Below are positions 1-9,507 of a stretch of 64,000 nucleotides of DNA, in pieces. The translations under genes and the position numbers were made by a program. Below the pieces are notes generated by a model. The model worked only from the letters and a program-made list of their open reading frames with translations, made no database searches and was not told the origin of the DNA. The stretch is taken from positions 610,254 to 674,253 of the forward strand of contig CAYGEH010000001.1 in assembly GCA_964348895.1 (NCBI GenBank), read 5' to 3'. Each line of letters starts with the position of its first letter. Position 1 is the stretch's first letter. The DNA is from an uncultured Gammaproteobacteria bacterium. GTDB taxonomy: Bacteria; Patescibacteriota; Microgenomatia; 0-14-0-10-38-17.

Positions 1-744
1 GATTATTTGACCATTAGAAAGAGACAGGGCTAGGCGAATTGAGGTGGAAAGTCGTTCTTGCTGACTCCCCTTTTCTTTTAAATCATTCTTAGTGAAGCTT
101 AATTGATCAACAACGACATCAATATTATGTTGGTTATTTTTTAACAGAGCAAAATCATCAATTAAATTAAGAAATTTATCGTCAATCCTAACCTTAGTAA
201 AGCCTTTTTTAATTAAATTTTCAAACAAACCGGAAAATTCTCCCTTTTTACCCCTAACTAAGGGGGAAAGAATAAAAACTCTGGTCAGAGATTTATTTTT
301 TAATTTTTGGCTAATTAAATTTTTGACTTGGCTAATGATTTGTTCTGGTGATTGGCGGGAAATTTCTCGATCGCATTTGGGGCAATGAGGGTGGCCAATT
401 CGGGCATATAGAATACGTAAATAATCGTAAATCTCTGTTACTGTGCCAACGGTAGAGCGAGGGTTATTGGAGGTGGTTTTTTGGTCAATGGCAATAGCGG
501 GTGAAAGTCCCTCAATAATATCTACATCTGGCTTGTTCATTACCCCCAAAAACTGACGAGCATAAGTGTTTAGGGACTCAACATAGCGACGCTGACCTTC
601 GGCATAAAGAGTGTCAAAGGCAAGAGAAGATTTGCCTGAGCCAGACAGGCCAGTAAAAACAACTAATTGATTTTTGGGCAACTCAAGATCAATATTTTTT
701 AGGTTATGTTCTCGGGCACCACGAATAACAATTTTATCCTGCAT
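1..744 (-). CDS. uvrA: Excinuclease ABC subunit A (UvrA). Only the N-terminal part is in the window; the gene continues past position 1.
   Basis: Hand translation of the minus strand from the ATG at 742-744 gives [66 protein letters not shown]. This is the canonical UvrA N-terminus with a Walker A motif. It is not in the ORF track because it is truncated. Confidence 0.85.
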   Translation of the reverse strand, partial: MQDKIVIRGAREHNLKNIDLELPKNQLVVFTGLSGSGKSSLAFDTLYAEGQRRYVESLNTYARQFLGVMNKPDVDIIEGLSPAIAIDQKTTSNNPRSTVGTVTEIYDYLRILYARIGHPHCPKCDREISRQSPEQIISQVKNLISQKLKNKSLTRVFILSPLVRGKKGEFSGLFENLIKKGFTKVRIDDKFLNLIDDFALLKNNQHNIDVVVDQLSFTKNDLKEKGSQQERLSTSIRLALSLSNGQII

Positions 745-800
745 GACAAACTATTATTATAAACTAAGTTAGAAGATTTTGTTAGGGTTTTGTTTGGAAA

Positions 801-1775
801 TTAACGAGAGCGCTTCTTGAAGAAGAGAAAGCCAGCCGCAATAACAGCAATTACCAATGGAACTATAATTAAGAGTCTGTTTCTCATGGTTCTATCATCT
901 TCTTCACCCATTACTTCGCCCTCTTCTTCACCCATTACTTCGCCTTCTTCAGTAGTCAACCCTTCGTTGGGCAGTGGGTCTCTTTCGCCATCAACCTCTC
1001 CCCTTTCTTCTTGGGGCAAGAGAACAACTTGGGTTTCGGCGGTGGCGACCAAATCCCCTTCTGTAACAGTCTCAACTACTTGTTGATTAACAATAACCTC
1101 TCCAGGGGCATCAGTGACCAAATCAGAAACATTTCCCGCCCGATCAATTACCCCTAAAGCGTAGTAATAGGTAGTGTTTCTTTCTAAACCGCTATTTTCG
1201 AAGGTCATTCTTTCGTTGGGGGCGCCTCCAGCTTCGCCAATTTTAGTCGACGAACCAGCAGTAAAGCTTTTGTCTTTAGAGTGATAAATAAAAACTCGGT
1301 AAAAGTCGCTATTGCCAGGATTCGTCCAAGAAAGCCGAAAAGCTGTTTCTCCGACTCGTTCTTTTTGAAAATTAGTTACTTTATCAGGACTGGTTCGATC
1401 AATGATGATGGAAACGATTTGGCTGTTGGCGACAAGATCTGCTGTTTTGGCTTGGGCGTAAAAATTATATTTTCCTTCGCCAGCATAAATGTCAGCATCT
1501 TCAATTTGGAAATAACCAGCCACTTCAGTTTTATTTCGGTCTTTAGTTTGTCGCCAAGGATCGCCCTCTTTTTGAACATAAAGATTAACATTAGCATCGC
1601 TGTCGTTGGTTTCAAGATAAGAGTAATAAAATCGAAAATCAGCCGAATTTTGGTATTCTGGAAGAGAAGAAAGGGTGAGTCTTAATTGAGCAGCTAGGGT
1701 TTGATTAACCAAAAATAGACTAGCGATTAAAATAGTTAAAAGAACTAAAACCTTTTTCATTTTAATTATTTTCAA
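801..1775 (-). CDS. Secreted or anchored surface protein with a fibronectin-III-like region, an acidic GEVMGEE tandem repeat, and a C-terminal transmembrane segment followed by a KKRSR tail.
   Basis: N-terminal signal peptide (MKKVLVLLTILIASLFLVNQTLAAQ). RLSWTNPGNSDFYRVFIYH resembles FN3. The C-terminus has a hydrophobic segment and a basic tail. Its start overlaps the stop of the upstream giant protein by 14 nt. Confidence 0.5.
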   Translation of the reverse strand: MKIIKMKKVLVLLTILIASLFLVNQTLAAQLRLTLSSLPEYQNSADFRFYYSYLETNDSDANVNLYVQKEGDPWRQTKDRNKTEVAGYFQIEDADIYAGEGKYNFYAQAKTADLVANSQIVSIIIDRTSPDKVTNFQKERVGETAFRLSWTNPGNSDFYRVFIYHSKDKSFTAGSSTKIGEAGGAPNERMTFENSGLERNTTYYYALGVIDRAGNVSDLVTDAPGEVIVNQQVVETVTEGDLVATAETQVVLLPQEERGEVDGERDPLPNEGLTTEEGEVMGEEEGEVMGEEDDRTMRNRLLIIVPLVIAVIAAGFLFFKKRSR

Positions 1776-4700
1776 ATTTCTTCTTTTTTGGGCTCATGGC
1801 AAGACCAGTGCTAATTAAAGTAAGGGCGGCAATTAGATACCAAGTATTGGCTCCAGCGGCAGGCAGGGTAAGACCCAAAACCTTACTTTCGACTTCGGTG
1901 GTGACACCCAAGACTTGACCGCCAACAGTTCTATCCCCCACTCTGTGTTCGGGATCAATTCTTACAGAAGAGTCAACGATCTTGCTTTCTATAAGTGTGG
2001 GCGAACCATAGCCGTAAACATAGGCATGGTTAGTGAAGGTGGCTGGTTGATTATTTGGATCAATTTTAGCAAGATAGGTAACAATTATAGTCGATCCTCC
2101 TTCAACTCCGTTTGGCCATTTCCAAGATAATCTTCGACCAGTCCGACGAACGGTTGGCTCAAAAGAAGCGTTGACGCCGTTAACGCTAACAGTGCTAGTC
2201 CCAGCCTGATAGGTAAAGCCGTGAGGAAGAATGTCAATTAACTCTAAAGAAGAAAGCGTTCTTTCTCCTACAGTGATGGTTAGAGTATATTTGATTTCGC
2301 TTCCTGGGTTAACGGAACCAGTAGCGTTGTTGCTTTTAACTAAGGTCAGACTGGCTGGAGGGGCATTATAAAAATTGTAATTTTGAAAATCTTCTCCCAA
2401 GCCAGTACCAGAAAAAACAAGAATATTTTCGTGTTTTCCGCTTTCGGGGTTGCTTGCTTGCCAGCCGTTAGCGCTTCTATCCTCTTCGGTAACGGTATAA
2501 ACACCAGCTGTTAAGCCAGTGAATTCATAATAACCATCACTGTCGGTTTCAACACAGTTTTCATCCTCAAGGTCTTCTTCTGTCAAACAAATTTCCCAAC
2601 CCTCAACTCCCCCCTCTCCTTCTTCTTGGCTGCCGTTATTATTCCGATCATAAATTTTATAACCAGAAATTCTTCCTAATTGAAAATTACCGATATAGCA
2701 AACAGTGGTTAGGGTAGAGACAACAGTAGCCTGAGAATGATTGCTGTTGATGCCAATAACTTCTGGATTATTATTTTGGCAGTAAAGACCAGTTTGAATC
2801 CAACCCTCTTTTAGGGTTTCGCTTAAATCATATTGACCAGGGACAAGTTTTGTAAAAAAAACTTCTCCATTATCATTAGTAATCTTAGTTTCCTGTGCCA
2901 AAGTAATTTCCCAGCCTGAAAGAAAGATTTCTCCCTCATCCCACAAGCCATTAGCATCAAAATCATTAAATTTATAAACCCTAACCGAGCCGTATTGGAT
3001 ATTTCCAAAATTAAGGTCAGTAATTTCTTCCAATCCAAGAGTAACAGAGTGACAGGCGACATCGTTATTTGTATTTTCTTCCGAGATGGGATAGGTTTGC
3101 TTCCAGCCCTCTTTTAGGACTTCGCAAACCTCATACTTTCCGGGTGTAATTCCCTCAAAGGAATAACTACCATTTCCTGTTGAAGTTATTTTTGTTGCCA
3201 AAACATCACCTTCTTGTTTAAGCCTAATTGTCCAATTACCCAAGGGGTTCTCGTTTTCACCCCAATCTCCATCTCCATTTAAGTCTTCCCATTTATAGCC
3301 AGAAATTGAGCTAGTAATAGGGGCATTGAAGGCAATGCAATAATAAGTTTGGCCATATTGGGGGTTATTAATCCACTCCCAATTATCATAATTGGCAACA
3401 TCTTCATAGCAATAGATTCCGGCCGACACATTATTTAAATTGTTGCCCCCTGAAGTAGCAAAAGTGAAAGGAACATAACCTTCTTTTAAGATTTCTCTTA
3501 CCTCGATTCTACCGCCAACAGTTGATAGATCATTAATTTTAACTTGGGTTTTCCCGTTTATATCAGTTGGGCCAAAGGTTTTCCATTTGCCACCCTCAAC
3601 GGGACCTATCAGGGTATCGCCACCATAACCAGAATCAGCAGGACCCCACTGAAAATCCCAGTTTTCTTCAAACCAGCAGTTTTTATTGCTATCCTCAACA
3701 AAATCTTGGGCGGTATTAACGTCAATTTTCCCTGGTGCGCCAATACCTTCGCCCCAATTAGGTAGGAAAGACTCGTTTTTGCAAACGATTTTGTGGGCAA
3801 CGATGGTAACGGGATTATCAACTAGTTTACAAGATTCGGTGCAAAAATTACTCCCGTCTTCTGCCACTCCATCTTCTCCGTCGCATTCTTCAGTTTCTTG
3901 GTTAATCTTGCCGTCGCCACAAAACGGCTCTATTGGTGGAAGCAAACACTCCATTTTGACGCTGTTTAAGAACATTCCCAGAGAATCAGGATTGCCTATT
4001 TCGGTAAAGCGAATTTCAGTGAAAGCCTTTTTAGCAATAAAAGTCTCTGTTTCTGTTTGCCAGTTGATGGTGCCTTCCCCCGCAAGAACAAGGCTCTCAA
4101 AAACCTCTTCATTATTAACTTCAACTTTGATTTGATTATTTTTGATTTGATTATTGCTGTGACCTGGTCGAGGAGAGTAGTCCCAAGAGAGAGTATACTG
4201 TTTGCCAGCAATTGTCGGTATTTTTTGATAAAGAGAAATAGAGGCTGGCTCTCCGTTTAGGTCGCCACCAGGACCATCCCAATCGCTATCTAGTTCAACA
4301 TGCTGATCAGCAGTTGATCCCCAGCCGTTAGCCCCAGCATGAATTTCTATTTTGGGGCTTGGGCGCTGGAAGTCATATTCAGAGCCAGGGTAAGAGGTTG
4401 AACCCCCATGCCAACTTGCTGTCCACCCCGGCACTTCATGACTACTAAAAATATCCCACAAAAAAGGACTAGTCACCTCTGGGCTATCGAAAGAGCCATT
4501 AGTAACAACATTAATTCCTGGAACACAAGCAGGGGTTATCCATTTGCAGTCAAAGGAACAATTAGAGTTAGGTTTGCCGTTAAGAGCACCGTAATCACAG
4601 TCTTCGCCCCCCTCTACAATTCCATTTCTGCATTTTTTGGTAGGAATTATTTCACAATAGTTTTCCCAAATTGCCCGACCATCATCATCCCAGTTTTTAC

Positions 4701-5778
4701 CAGGATAGGAACAGTCGCCAAATGGAAAAGGAGGAATGATATCGTTAGTGTGCCCACCGTGTCCGCGCACATCTTCACATTTTTGAACAGAATTAATGCT
4801 TACGGTAATTGATCTATAAGGGTTTCTTTCAGAAGCAGTGGCATGACAGAGGCGAACTTTTACATTGCCATTGTTTAATAGAACAAAAAATGGCGTAAAA
4901 TGATTTAATTCTGTGGCCCTTACTGTATCTGCTTCTTGTTCAATTTTTTCTATTTCTACCCTGCTGACGTTTCCTTCTTCTTCAAGATAGGCGATAGTTA
5001 AGGCTAGGTCATCTTCTGTCGGGCCTGGCAAAGTTAATTGATACTCAAAAGTGCCATTTTCCATTTGGGTGGTAATTTCGTAGGCGTATTCGCCATAAGG
5101 AGCATAATTTTCGGGCAAGTTAAGATCGGCAATCCTTACCTTCTGAATTCTTAGCGGAGCCCGTAAATTCTCGTCTTTTGGTAGACAAGTAAAAGTAACG
5201 GTAACCCTTTCTTCCTGGGGATAAGTATAAGTTATACCTAATTGAACTGAATTAAGGGTTTGAGCAAAATTTTCTTTTTCGTTTATAACCCAATCATTAT
5301 TAGTGGTTCGAGTGAAGGCGCTTTCTGTTTCAAGACAAATGCTCCCTTTTGTTTCAGGATTTTCTTCTTCTAGCCAAGAAGTGGCTAACCAATTGTTTGT
5401 TTCTTGGTCGGGATCAGGATTAGAGCTAGGTTCTTCTTGGGGGGTTTGTTCCTCTAGGGCCTCGTTCAATTGACTGGGGTTAATTACTTTTTCTTCTGTT
5501 GGAGTTGGTTCGCTTTGCCCCTCTTGGGTTGTTAATTCCTCTTCGCTTGTTTCTTCGTTTTCGTTATTATTACTTTCTTCTTCACTTGCTTTTTCGTCAT
5601 TAATAATTTCTTCTTCTGTAATTTGCTCTTCGACAAGAGTAATTTCTTCGCTGGCTCCTTCTTGGGCAAAAACAAGAGGCACCCGATTAAAAATCAAAGG
5701 GTCAAAAATAGGTTGTAGAACGAAGTTCAGTGAAGAAAAAATGGAAAAAATTTTAAAGCCAAGACTTTTTTTATACAT
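1762..5778 (-). CDS. Giant (1338 aa) cell-surface, adhesin-like protein. It has a signal peptide, an acidic low-complexity linker, two Cys-rich CxxG...ECD..G repeats, three SdrD-B/CnaB-like Ca-binding repeats, a DUF11-like domain, and a C-terminal LPAAG + transmembrane + KKKK sorting signal.
   Basis: Motifs CGDGKINQETEECDGEDG and CRNGIVEGGEDCDYG (Myxococcus-type cysteine-rich repeat pattern). Three copies of ISGYK/VYKF...D.NG...GE (SdrD-B-like). LTLVKSNNATGSVNPGSEIKYTLTITV is DUF11-like. The C-terminal sequence ...LPAAGANTWYLIAALTLISTGLAMSPKKKK is a sortase-type sorting signal. Confidence 0.6.
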   Translation of the reverse strand: MYKKSLGFKIFSIFSSLNFVLQPIFDPLIFNRVPLVFAQEGASEEITLVEEQITEEEIINDEKASEEESNNNENEETSEEELTTQEGQSEPTPTEEKVINPSQLNEALEEQTPQEEPSSNPDPDQETNNWLATSWLEEENPETKGSICLETESAFTRTTNNDWVINEKENFAQTLNSVQLGITYTYPQEERVTVTFTCLPKDENLRAPLRIQKVRIADLNLPENYAPYGEYAYEITTQMENGTFEYQLTLPGPTEDDLALTIAYLEEEGNVSRVEIEKIEQEADTVRATELNHFTPFFVLLNNGNVKVRLCHATASERNPYRSITVSINSVQKCEDVRGHGGHTNDIIPPFPFGDCSYPGKNWDDDGRAIWENYCEIIPTKKCRNGIVEGGEDCDYGALNGKPNSNCSFDCKWITPACVPGINVVTNGSFDSPEVTSPFLWDIFSSHEVPGWTASWHGGSTSYPGSEYDFQRPSPKIEIHAGANGWGSTADQHVELDSDWDGPGGDLNGEPASISLYQKIPTIAGKQYTLSWDYSPRPGHSNNQIKNNQIKVEVNNEEVFESLVLAGEGTINWQTETETFIAKKAFTEIRFTEIGNPDSLGMFLNSVKMECLLPPIEPFCGDGKINQETEECDGEDGVAEDGSNFCTESCKLVDNPVTIVAHKIVCKNESFLPNWGEGIGAPGKIDVNTAQDFVEDSNKNCWFEENWDFQWGPADSGYGGDTLIGPVEGGKWKTFGPTDINGKTQVKINDLSTVGGRIEVREILKEGYVPFTFATSGGNNLNNVSAGIYCYEDVANYDNWEWINNPQYGQTYYCIAFNAPITSSISGYKWEDLNGDGDWGENENPLGNWTIRLKQEGDVLATKITSTGNGSYSFEGITPGKYEVCEVLKEGWKQTYPISEENTNNDVACHSVTLGLEEITDLNFGNIQYGSVRVYKFNDFDANGLWDEGEIFLSGWEITLAQETKITNDNGEVFFTKLVPGQYDLSETLKEGWIQTGLYCQNNNPEVIGINSNHSQATVVSTLTTVCYIGNFQLGRISGYKIYDRNNNGSQEEGEGGVEGWEICLTEEDLEDENCVETDSDGYYEFTGLTAGVYTVTEEDRSANGWQASNPESGKHENILVFSGTGLGEDFQNYNFYNAPPASLTLVKSNNATGSVNPGSEIKYTLTITVGERTLSSLELIDILPHGFTYQAGTSTVSVNGVNASFEPTVRRTGRRLSWKWPNGVEGGSTIIVTYLAKIDPNNQPATFTNHAYVYGYGSPTLIESKIVDSSVRIDPEHRVGDRTVGGQVLGVTTEVESKVLGLTLPAAGANTWYLIAALTLISTGLAMSPKKKKFENN

Positions 5779-5871
5779 TTTTTATGTATATCTATTTTAG
5801 TCTTTTAGTTGCCGAGCAGGAGGAACTAACGGTAAACCTTAATGTCTACTTAAATGGATTGTAGGCTTTTT

Positions 5872-6570
5872 TCAATAGGTTGTCAAGCCTTTATCAAGAA
5901 CGATTTCTGGTTTAGCTTTAACAATTAGTCGTTTTAAGGTTGTGCCGGGAGGGTAACAAGTTTGCAGGGTTAGGGTTTCTTCTTCGGTTCTTTTTAAGTA
6001 CTTAATTGTTTCAGGAGAAACTATTTTTTTTTCAAAAACATAATAAAAGTGCGGCTTTTCTTTATAATAAACAACGATCTGATCCCCTTTTTCTAGTTTA
6101 TTAACCAAGTAAAAAACAGCATTGTATCTTTGGATTTCCAAAGCGCTGTTGGCTGAGTGGGCGAAAAGGTAAACATTCCCCCCCTGCCCAGGAAAAGAAG
6201 TGTTTTTGGCATGAGCAATCCCCTTTTTTAAAATTGGTAAAAACTCTGCCTCATTAAAAGGATTGATGTTAGCAAAAACTGGAGCATTGACCCCAATTTT
6301 GGGAATGATGATGCCAAAACTAGTGCTTTTGGGGACAATACTTGGCCTATCCTCAAGAGAGCTATTTTGCCCCAAGTCGCCATTCTTCCTATTATATGTA
6401 TAGTATAAGGAACCGGTTGCTTTATTATATTGAAAAATAATCTCTTGCTGGACCAACGGTCCCCAAACAAAAACCAAGATTGACAGTCCTAAAATAATTA
6501 AAAGCCAAGACAAGCCGCTTCTAATAATCCTTAGCTTATTTTTGTTTTTTAAAAATTTCTGATAAAACAT
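5872..6570 (-). CDS. Sortase-family transpeptidase.
   Basis: N-terminal transmembrane anchor; LFAHS (His), TLQTCYPPGT (TLxTC catalytic Cys) and a downstream Arg (LKRLIVK). It sits directly adjacent to two candidate substrates. Confidence 0.75.
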   Translation of the reverse strand: MFYQKFLKNKNKLRIIRSGLSWLLIILGLSILVFVWGPLVQQEIIFQYNKATGSLYYTYNRKNGDLGQNSSLEDRPSIVPKSTSFGIIIPKIGVNAPVFANINPFNEAEFLPILKKGIAHAKNTSFPGQGGNVYLFAHSANSALEIQRYNAVFYLVNKLEKGDQIVVYYKEKPHFYYVFEKKIVSPETIKYLKRTEEETLTLQTCYPPGTTLKRLIVKAKPEIVLDKGLTTY

Positions 6571-6699
6571 TTTTTTATTGTTAGCTGAAAGTGAATCCCC
6601 AACAGACGAAGCGAGGAGTTAAACAAACTTTTGTCAACAACACCAAGCAATTTCCTTTTTAGTTAATTATTTATTTTAACATTAAACAAAAGCGCTTCT

Positions 6700-6708
6700 T
6701 GGTATAAT
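6700..6708 (+). promoter_or_regulatory. Extended -10 element (TGgTATAAT) immediately upstream of, and overlapping, the uvrB start. Suggests a leaderless or very short-leader uvrB transcript.
   Basis: TG at 6700-6701 and TATAAT at 6703-6708; the uvrB ATG is at 6710 and an in-frame GTG at 6716. Confidence 0.3.
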
Positions 6709-6709
6709 T

Positions 6710-8713
6710 ATGGCTGTGATTAAATTTAAGTTAAAGTCGGACTTTTCCCCAACTGGCGATCAACCCCAAGCAATTGAAAAGCTGGTTGCTGGAATTAGGC
6801 AAAAGATGAAACATCAGGTTCTTTTGGGTATAACTGGTAGCGGCAAAACCTTTTCGGTAGCCAAGGTGATTGAAGCAACACAGAAACCAGCCCTGATGAT
6901 TTCTCACAATAAAACACTGGCGGGACAACTTTATCAAGAGTTTCGGGATTTTTTCCCCGACAATGGGGTTTCTTACTTTGTTTCTTATTATGATTACTAT
7001 CAGCCAGAAGCCTATTTGCCGACCAGCGATACTTATATCGCTAAAGAAACCGATATTAATGATTTGATTGAAAAACTAAGACTAGAAGCAACGGCCAACA
7101 TTTTATCGCGAAGGGATGTTATTACTGTGGCCTCAGTCTCCTGTCTTTATGGATTAGGCTCACCAAGAGAATTTAAAAAACAAACCATCTTTCTGTCTAA
7201 AGGAGAAAGGGTTGTTCAAAAAGAAATTTTGCGACGATTAGTGGCGGTGGGATATCAGCGCAATGAATTTGACTTAATCAGAAATACTTTTAGGATTAGA
7301 GGGGGCAATATTGACATTTTTCCTTCACATCAAGACCTGGCGATAAGGATCGTACAGGCTGGTGAGCTTGTGGAAAACATTAGCAACTTTGATCCGCTAA
7401 CGGGACAGATTTTAAAGAAAAAAAAGGACTTGGCAAAAATAACTATTTATCCAGCTCGTCATTATTTGGTTGGCCAAACCCAGAAAGAAGTTTTTTCTCA
7501 AATCAGACAAGATCTAAAAAAGCAAATTAAAGTATTTCAGAAAGAAAAAAAACTAATCGAGGCCCAAAGAATTGAAGAGCGAGTAAATTATGATTTAGAA
7601 ATGATTGAAGAGCTGGGGTATGTTAATGGAATTGAAAACTATTCTCGCTATTTTGATGGTCGTTTTCCTGGCGAGCCTCCTTATACCTTAATAGACTATT
7701 ATAACGAGGCCTATGGAGATGATTGGTTGTTGTTTATTGACGAATCTCACATGAGTATTCCCCAAATTCGAGGAATGTATCGAGGCGATCGATCAAGAAA
7801 ACAAGTTTTAGTAGATTTTGGATTTCGCTTGCCAGCTGCCTTTGATAATCGCCCCTTAAGATTTGAGGAGTTTTTTCGAAAAATTAACGAAACCGTTTAT
7901 GTTAGTGCTACCCCTGATAGTTGGGAATTGTCTTTGGCTAAAACCTCTGGTCAGATAGTGGAACAATTGATTCGCCCGACTGGATTGCCTGATCCAAGAA
8001 TCCTTATTCGTTCTACTAAGAATCAAATTAATGATCTCGTTAATGAGGTTAGGGCTAGAGCCGATAAAAAACAGCGTTCTTTAGTTTTAACCCTAACCAA
8101 GCGCCTAGCTGAAGATTTAGCCGAATTTTTAGCTAAAGAAGGCTTGAGAACACGCTATTTGCATTCTGAAATTGAAACTTTAAAAAGAAGCGATGTTTTG
8201 GCTGACTTACGCCGAGGCGAATTTGACTGCTTGGTGGGAATTAATTTATTAAGAGAAGGACTGGATTTACCCGAAGTGTCATTAGTAGCCATTTTAGATG
8301 CCGATAAAGAGGGTTTTTTAAGAAGCAAAACTTCTTTAATTCAAATCATGGGTCGGGCGGCTCGCCATGTTGAAGGAGAAGTAATTTTATATGCCGATCA
8401 GAAGACCAATTCGATCAAAGAAGCAGTTAAAGAAATTAAGCGGAGAAGAAAATTTCAATTAGATTATAACCAAAAACATAAGATTATCCCCAAATCAATT
8501 ACTAAGCCGATTAGAGAAAGGTTAGTTGAGTATCAAATAGAGGAGAAAAAGCGTTCAGCTTGGCAAAAAGAAGTCAAAAAGGCTTCGTCCTTATTGCCAA
8601 CAGAGAAAAGGGAATTAGTTAAAAAACTAAATAAAGAAATGAAATTTGCAGCAGATCAGTTTGATTTTGAACAAGCAATTGAAATTCGCGAAGCAATCAA
8701 AAAGATTGTTTAA
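6710..8713 (+). CDS. uvrB: Excinuclease ABC subunit B (UvrB).
   Basis: FSPTGDQPQAIEKL, GITGSGKTF (Walker A), YYDYYQPEAYLP and the C-terminal FEQAIEIREAIKKI UvrB motif. Length 667 aa. Confidence 0.95.
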   Translation: MAVIKFKLKSDFSPTGDQPQAIEKLVAGIRQKMKHQVLLGITGSGKTFSVAKVIEATQKPALMISHNKTLAGQLYQEFRDFFPDNGVSYFVSYYDYYQPEAYLPTSDTYIAKETDINDLIEKLRLEATANILSRRDVITVASVSCLYGLGSPREFKKQTIFLSKGERVVQKEILRRLVAVGYQRNEFDLIRNTFRIRGGNIDIFPSHQDLAIRIVQAGELVENISNFDPLTGQILKKKKDLAKITIYPARHYLVGQTQKEVFSQIRQDLKKQIKVFQKEKKLIEAQRIEERVNYDLEMIEELGYVNGIENYSRYFDGRFPGEPPYTLIDYYNEAYGDDWLLFIDESHMSIPQIRGMYRGDRSRKQVLVDFGFRLPAAFDNRPLRFEEFFRKINETVYVSATPDSWELSLAKTSGQIVEQLIRPTGLPDPRILIRSTKNQINDLVNEVRARADKKQRSLVLTLTKRLAEDLAEFLAKEGLRTRYLHSEIETLKRSDVLADLRRGEFDCLVGINLLREGLDLPEVSLVAILDADKEGFLRSKTSLIQIMGRAARHVEGEVILYADQKTNSIKEAVKEIKRRRKFQLDYNQKHKIIPKSITKPIRERLVEYQIEEKKRSAWQKEVKKASSLLPTEKRELVKKLNKEMKFAADQFDFEQAIEIREAIKKIV

Positions 8714-8736
8714 AGAGAAAATGTTACAATGCCGAC

Positions 8737-9507
8737 ATGGGCGTGATTATTAAAAACGAAAAACAAATTGAGGGAATCAGGCGCTCTTCTCAACTAGCCG
8801 CCCAAACCCTAGACTATCTTACCCCCTTTATTAAAGAAGGAGTTACCACTCAGAAAATAAACGATTTGGCAGATCAATTCATTGTTAGTCATGGGGCCAG
8901 ATCAGCAGCGCTTGGTTATAAAGGTTTTCCAAGAAGCATCTGTGTTTCCTTAAATGAAGTTGTGTGTCACGGCATCCCCTCTTCTGGTGTTGTTTTAAAA
9001 AAAGGTGACATCTTAAATGTTGACGTGACAACGCTTTTGGCTGGTTTTTATGGTGATGTTTCTCGGATGTTTTTAATTGAGCCAGTCGCCGAAGAAGCGA
9101 AAAAATTAGTGGCTGAAACAAAAAACGCCCTTATGAAGGCGATTTGTTTTTTGGCTCCAGGAAGATATTTAAATCCTTGCGTCGGGCGAGTGATTGAGAA
9201 CCATGTTAAGCAATTTGGTTATGTTCCGGTTCGTTCTTTAACTGGTCATGGGGTGGGGATTGACTTTCATGAAGATCCGTCAGTTTTTCATTTTGACTTA
9301 GGATATGATGATGTTTTGTTGGAACAAGGGATGATTTTTACCATTGAGCCGATGATAAACCAGTTTAATGATCATCGAGTGAAAACAGACCTTGAGGACA
9401 ACTGGACGGTTAGAACAGTCAAGGGGGGGCTATCAGCTCAGTGGGAACACACAGTTTTGATTACTGCTACTGGTCACGAAATTTTAACCCTCCCCAAAAG
9501 GTCCTAA
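8737..9507 (+). CDS. map: Methionine aminopeptidase, type I.
   Basis: GYKGFPRSICVSLNEVVCHGIP and TGHGVGIDFHEDP metal-binding motifs; 256 aa. Confidence 0.9.
   Translation: MGVIIKNEKQIEGIRRSSQLAAQTLDYLTPFIKEGVTTQKINDLADQFIVSHGARSAALGYKGFPRSICVSLNEVVCHGIPSSGVVLKKGDILNVDVTTLLAGFYGDVSRMFLIEPVAEEAKKLVAETKNALMKAICFLAPGRYLNPCVGRVIENHVKQFGYVPVRSLTGHGVGIDFHEDPSVFHFDLGYDDVLLEQGMIFTIEPMINQFNDHRVKTDLEDNWTVRTVKGGLSAQWEHTVLITATGHEILTLPKRS

Noticed and set aside
3544-4812. Several 70-150 aa plus-strand ORFs inside the giant adhesin gene (3544-3765, 3686-4135, 4057-4260, 4408-4812).
   Set aside because: These are antisense shadow ORFs within a long, well-supported coding region, with no RBS or conservation signal.
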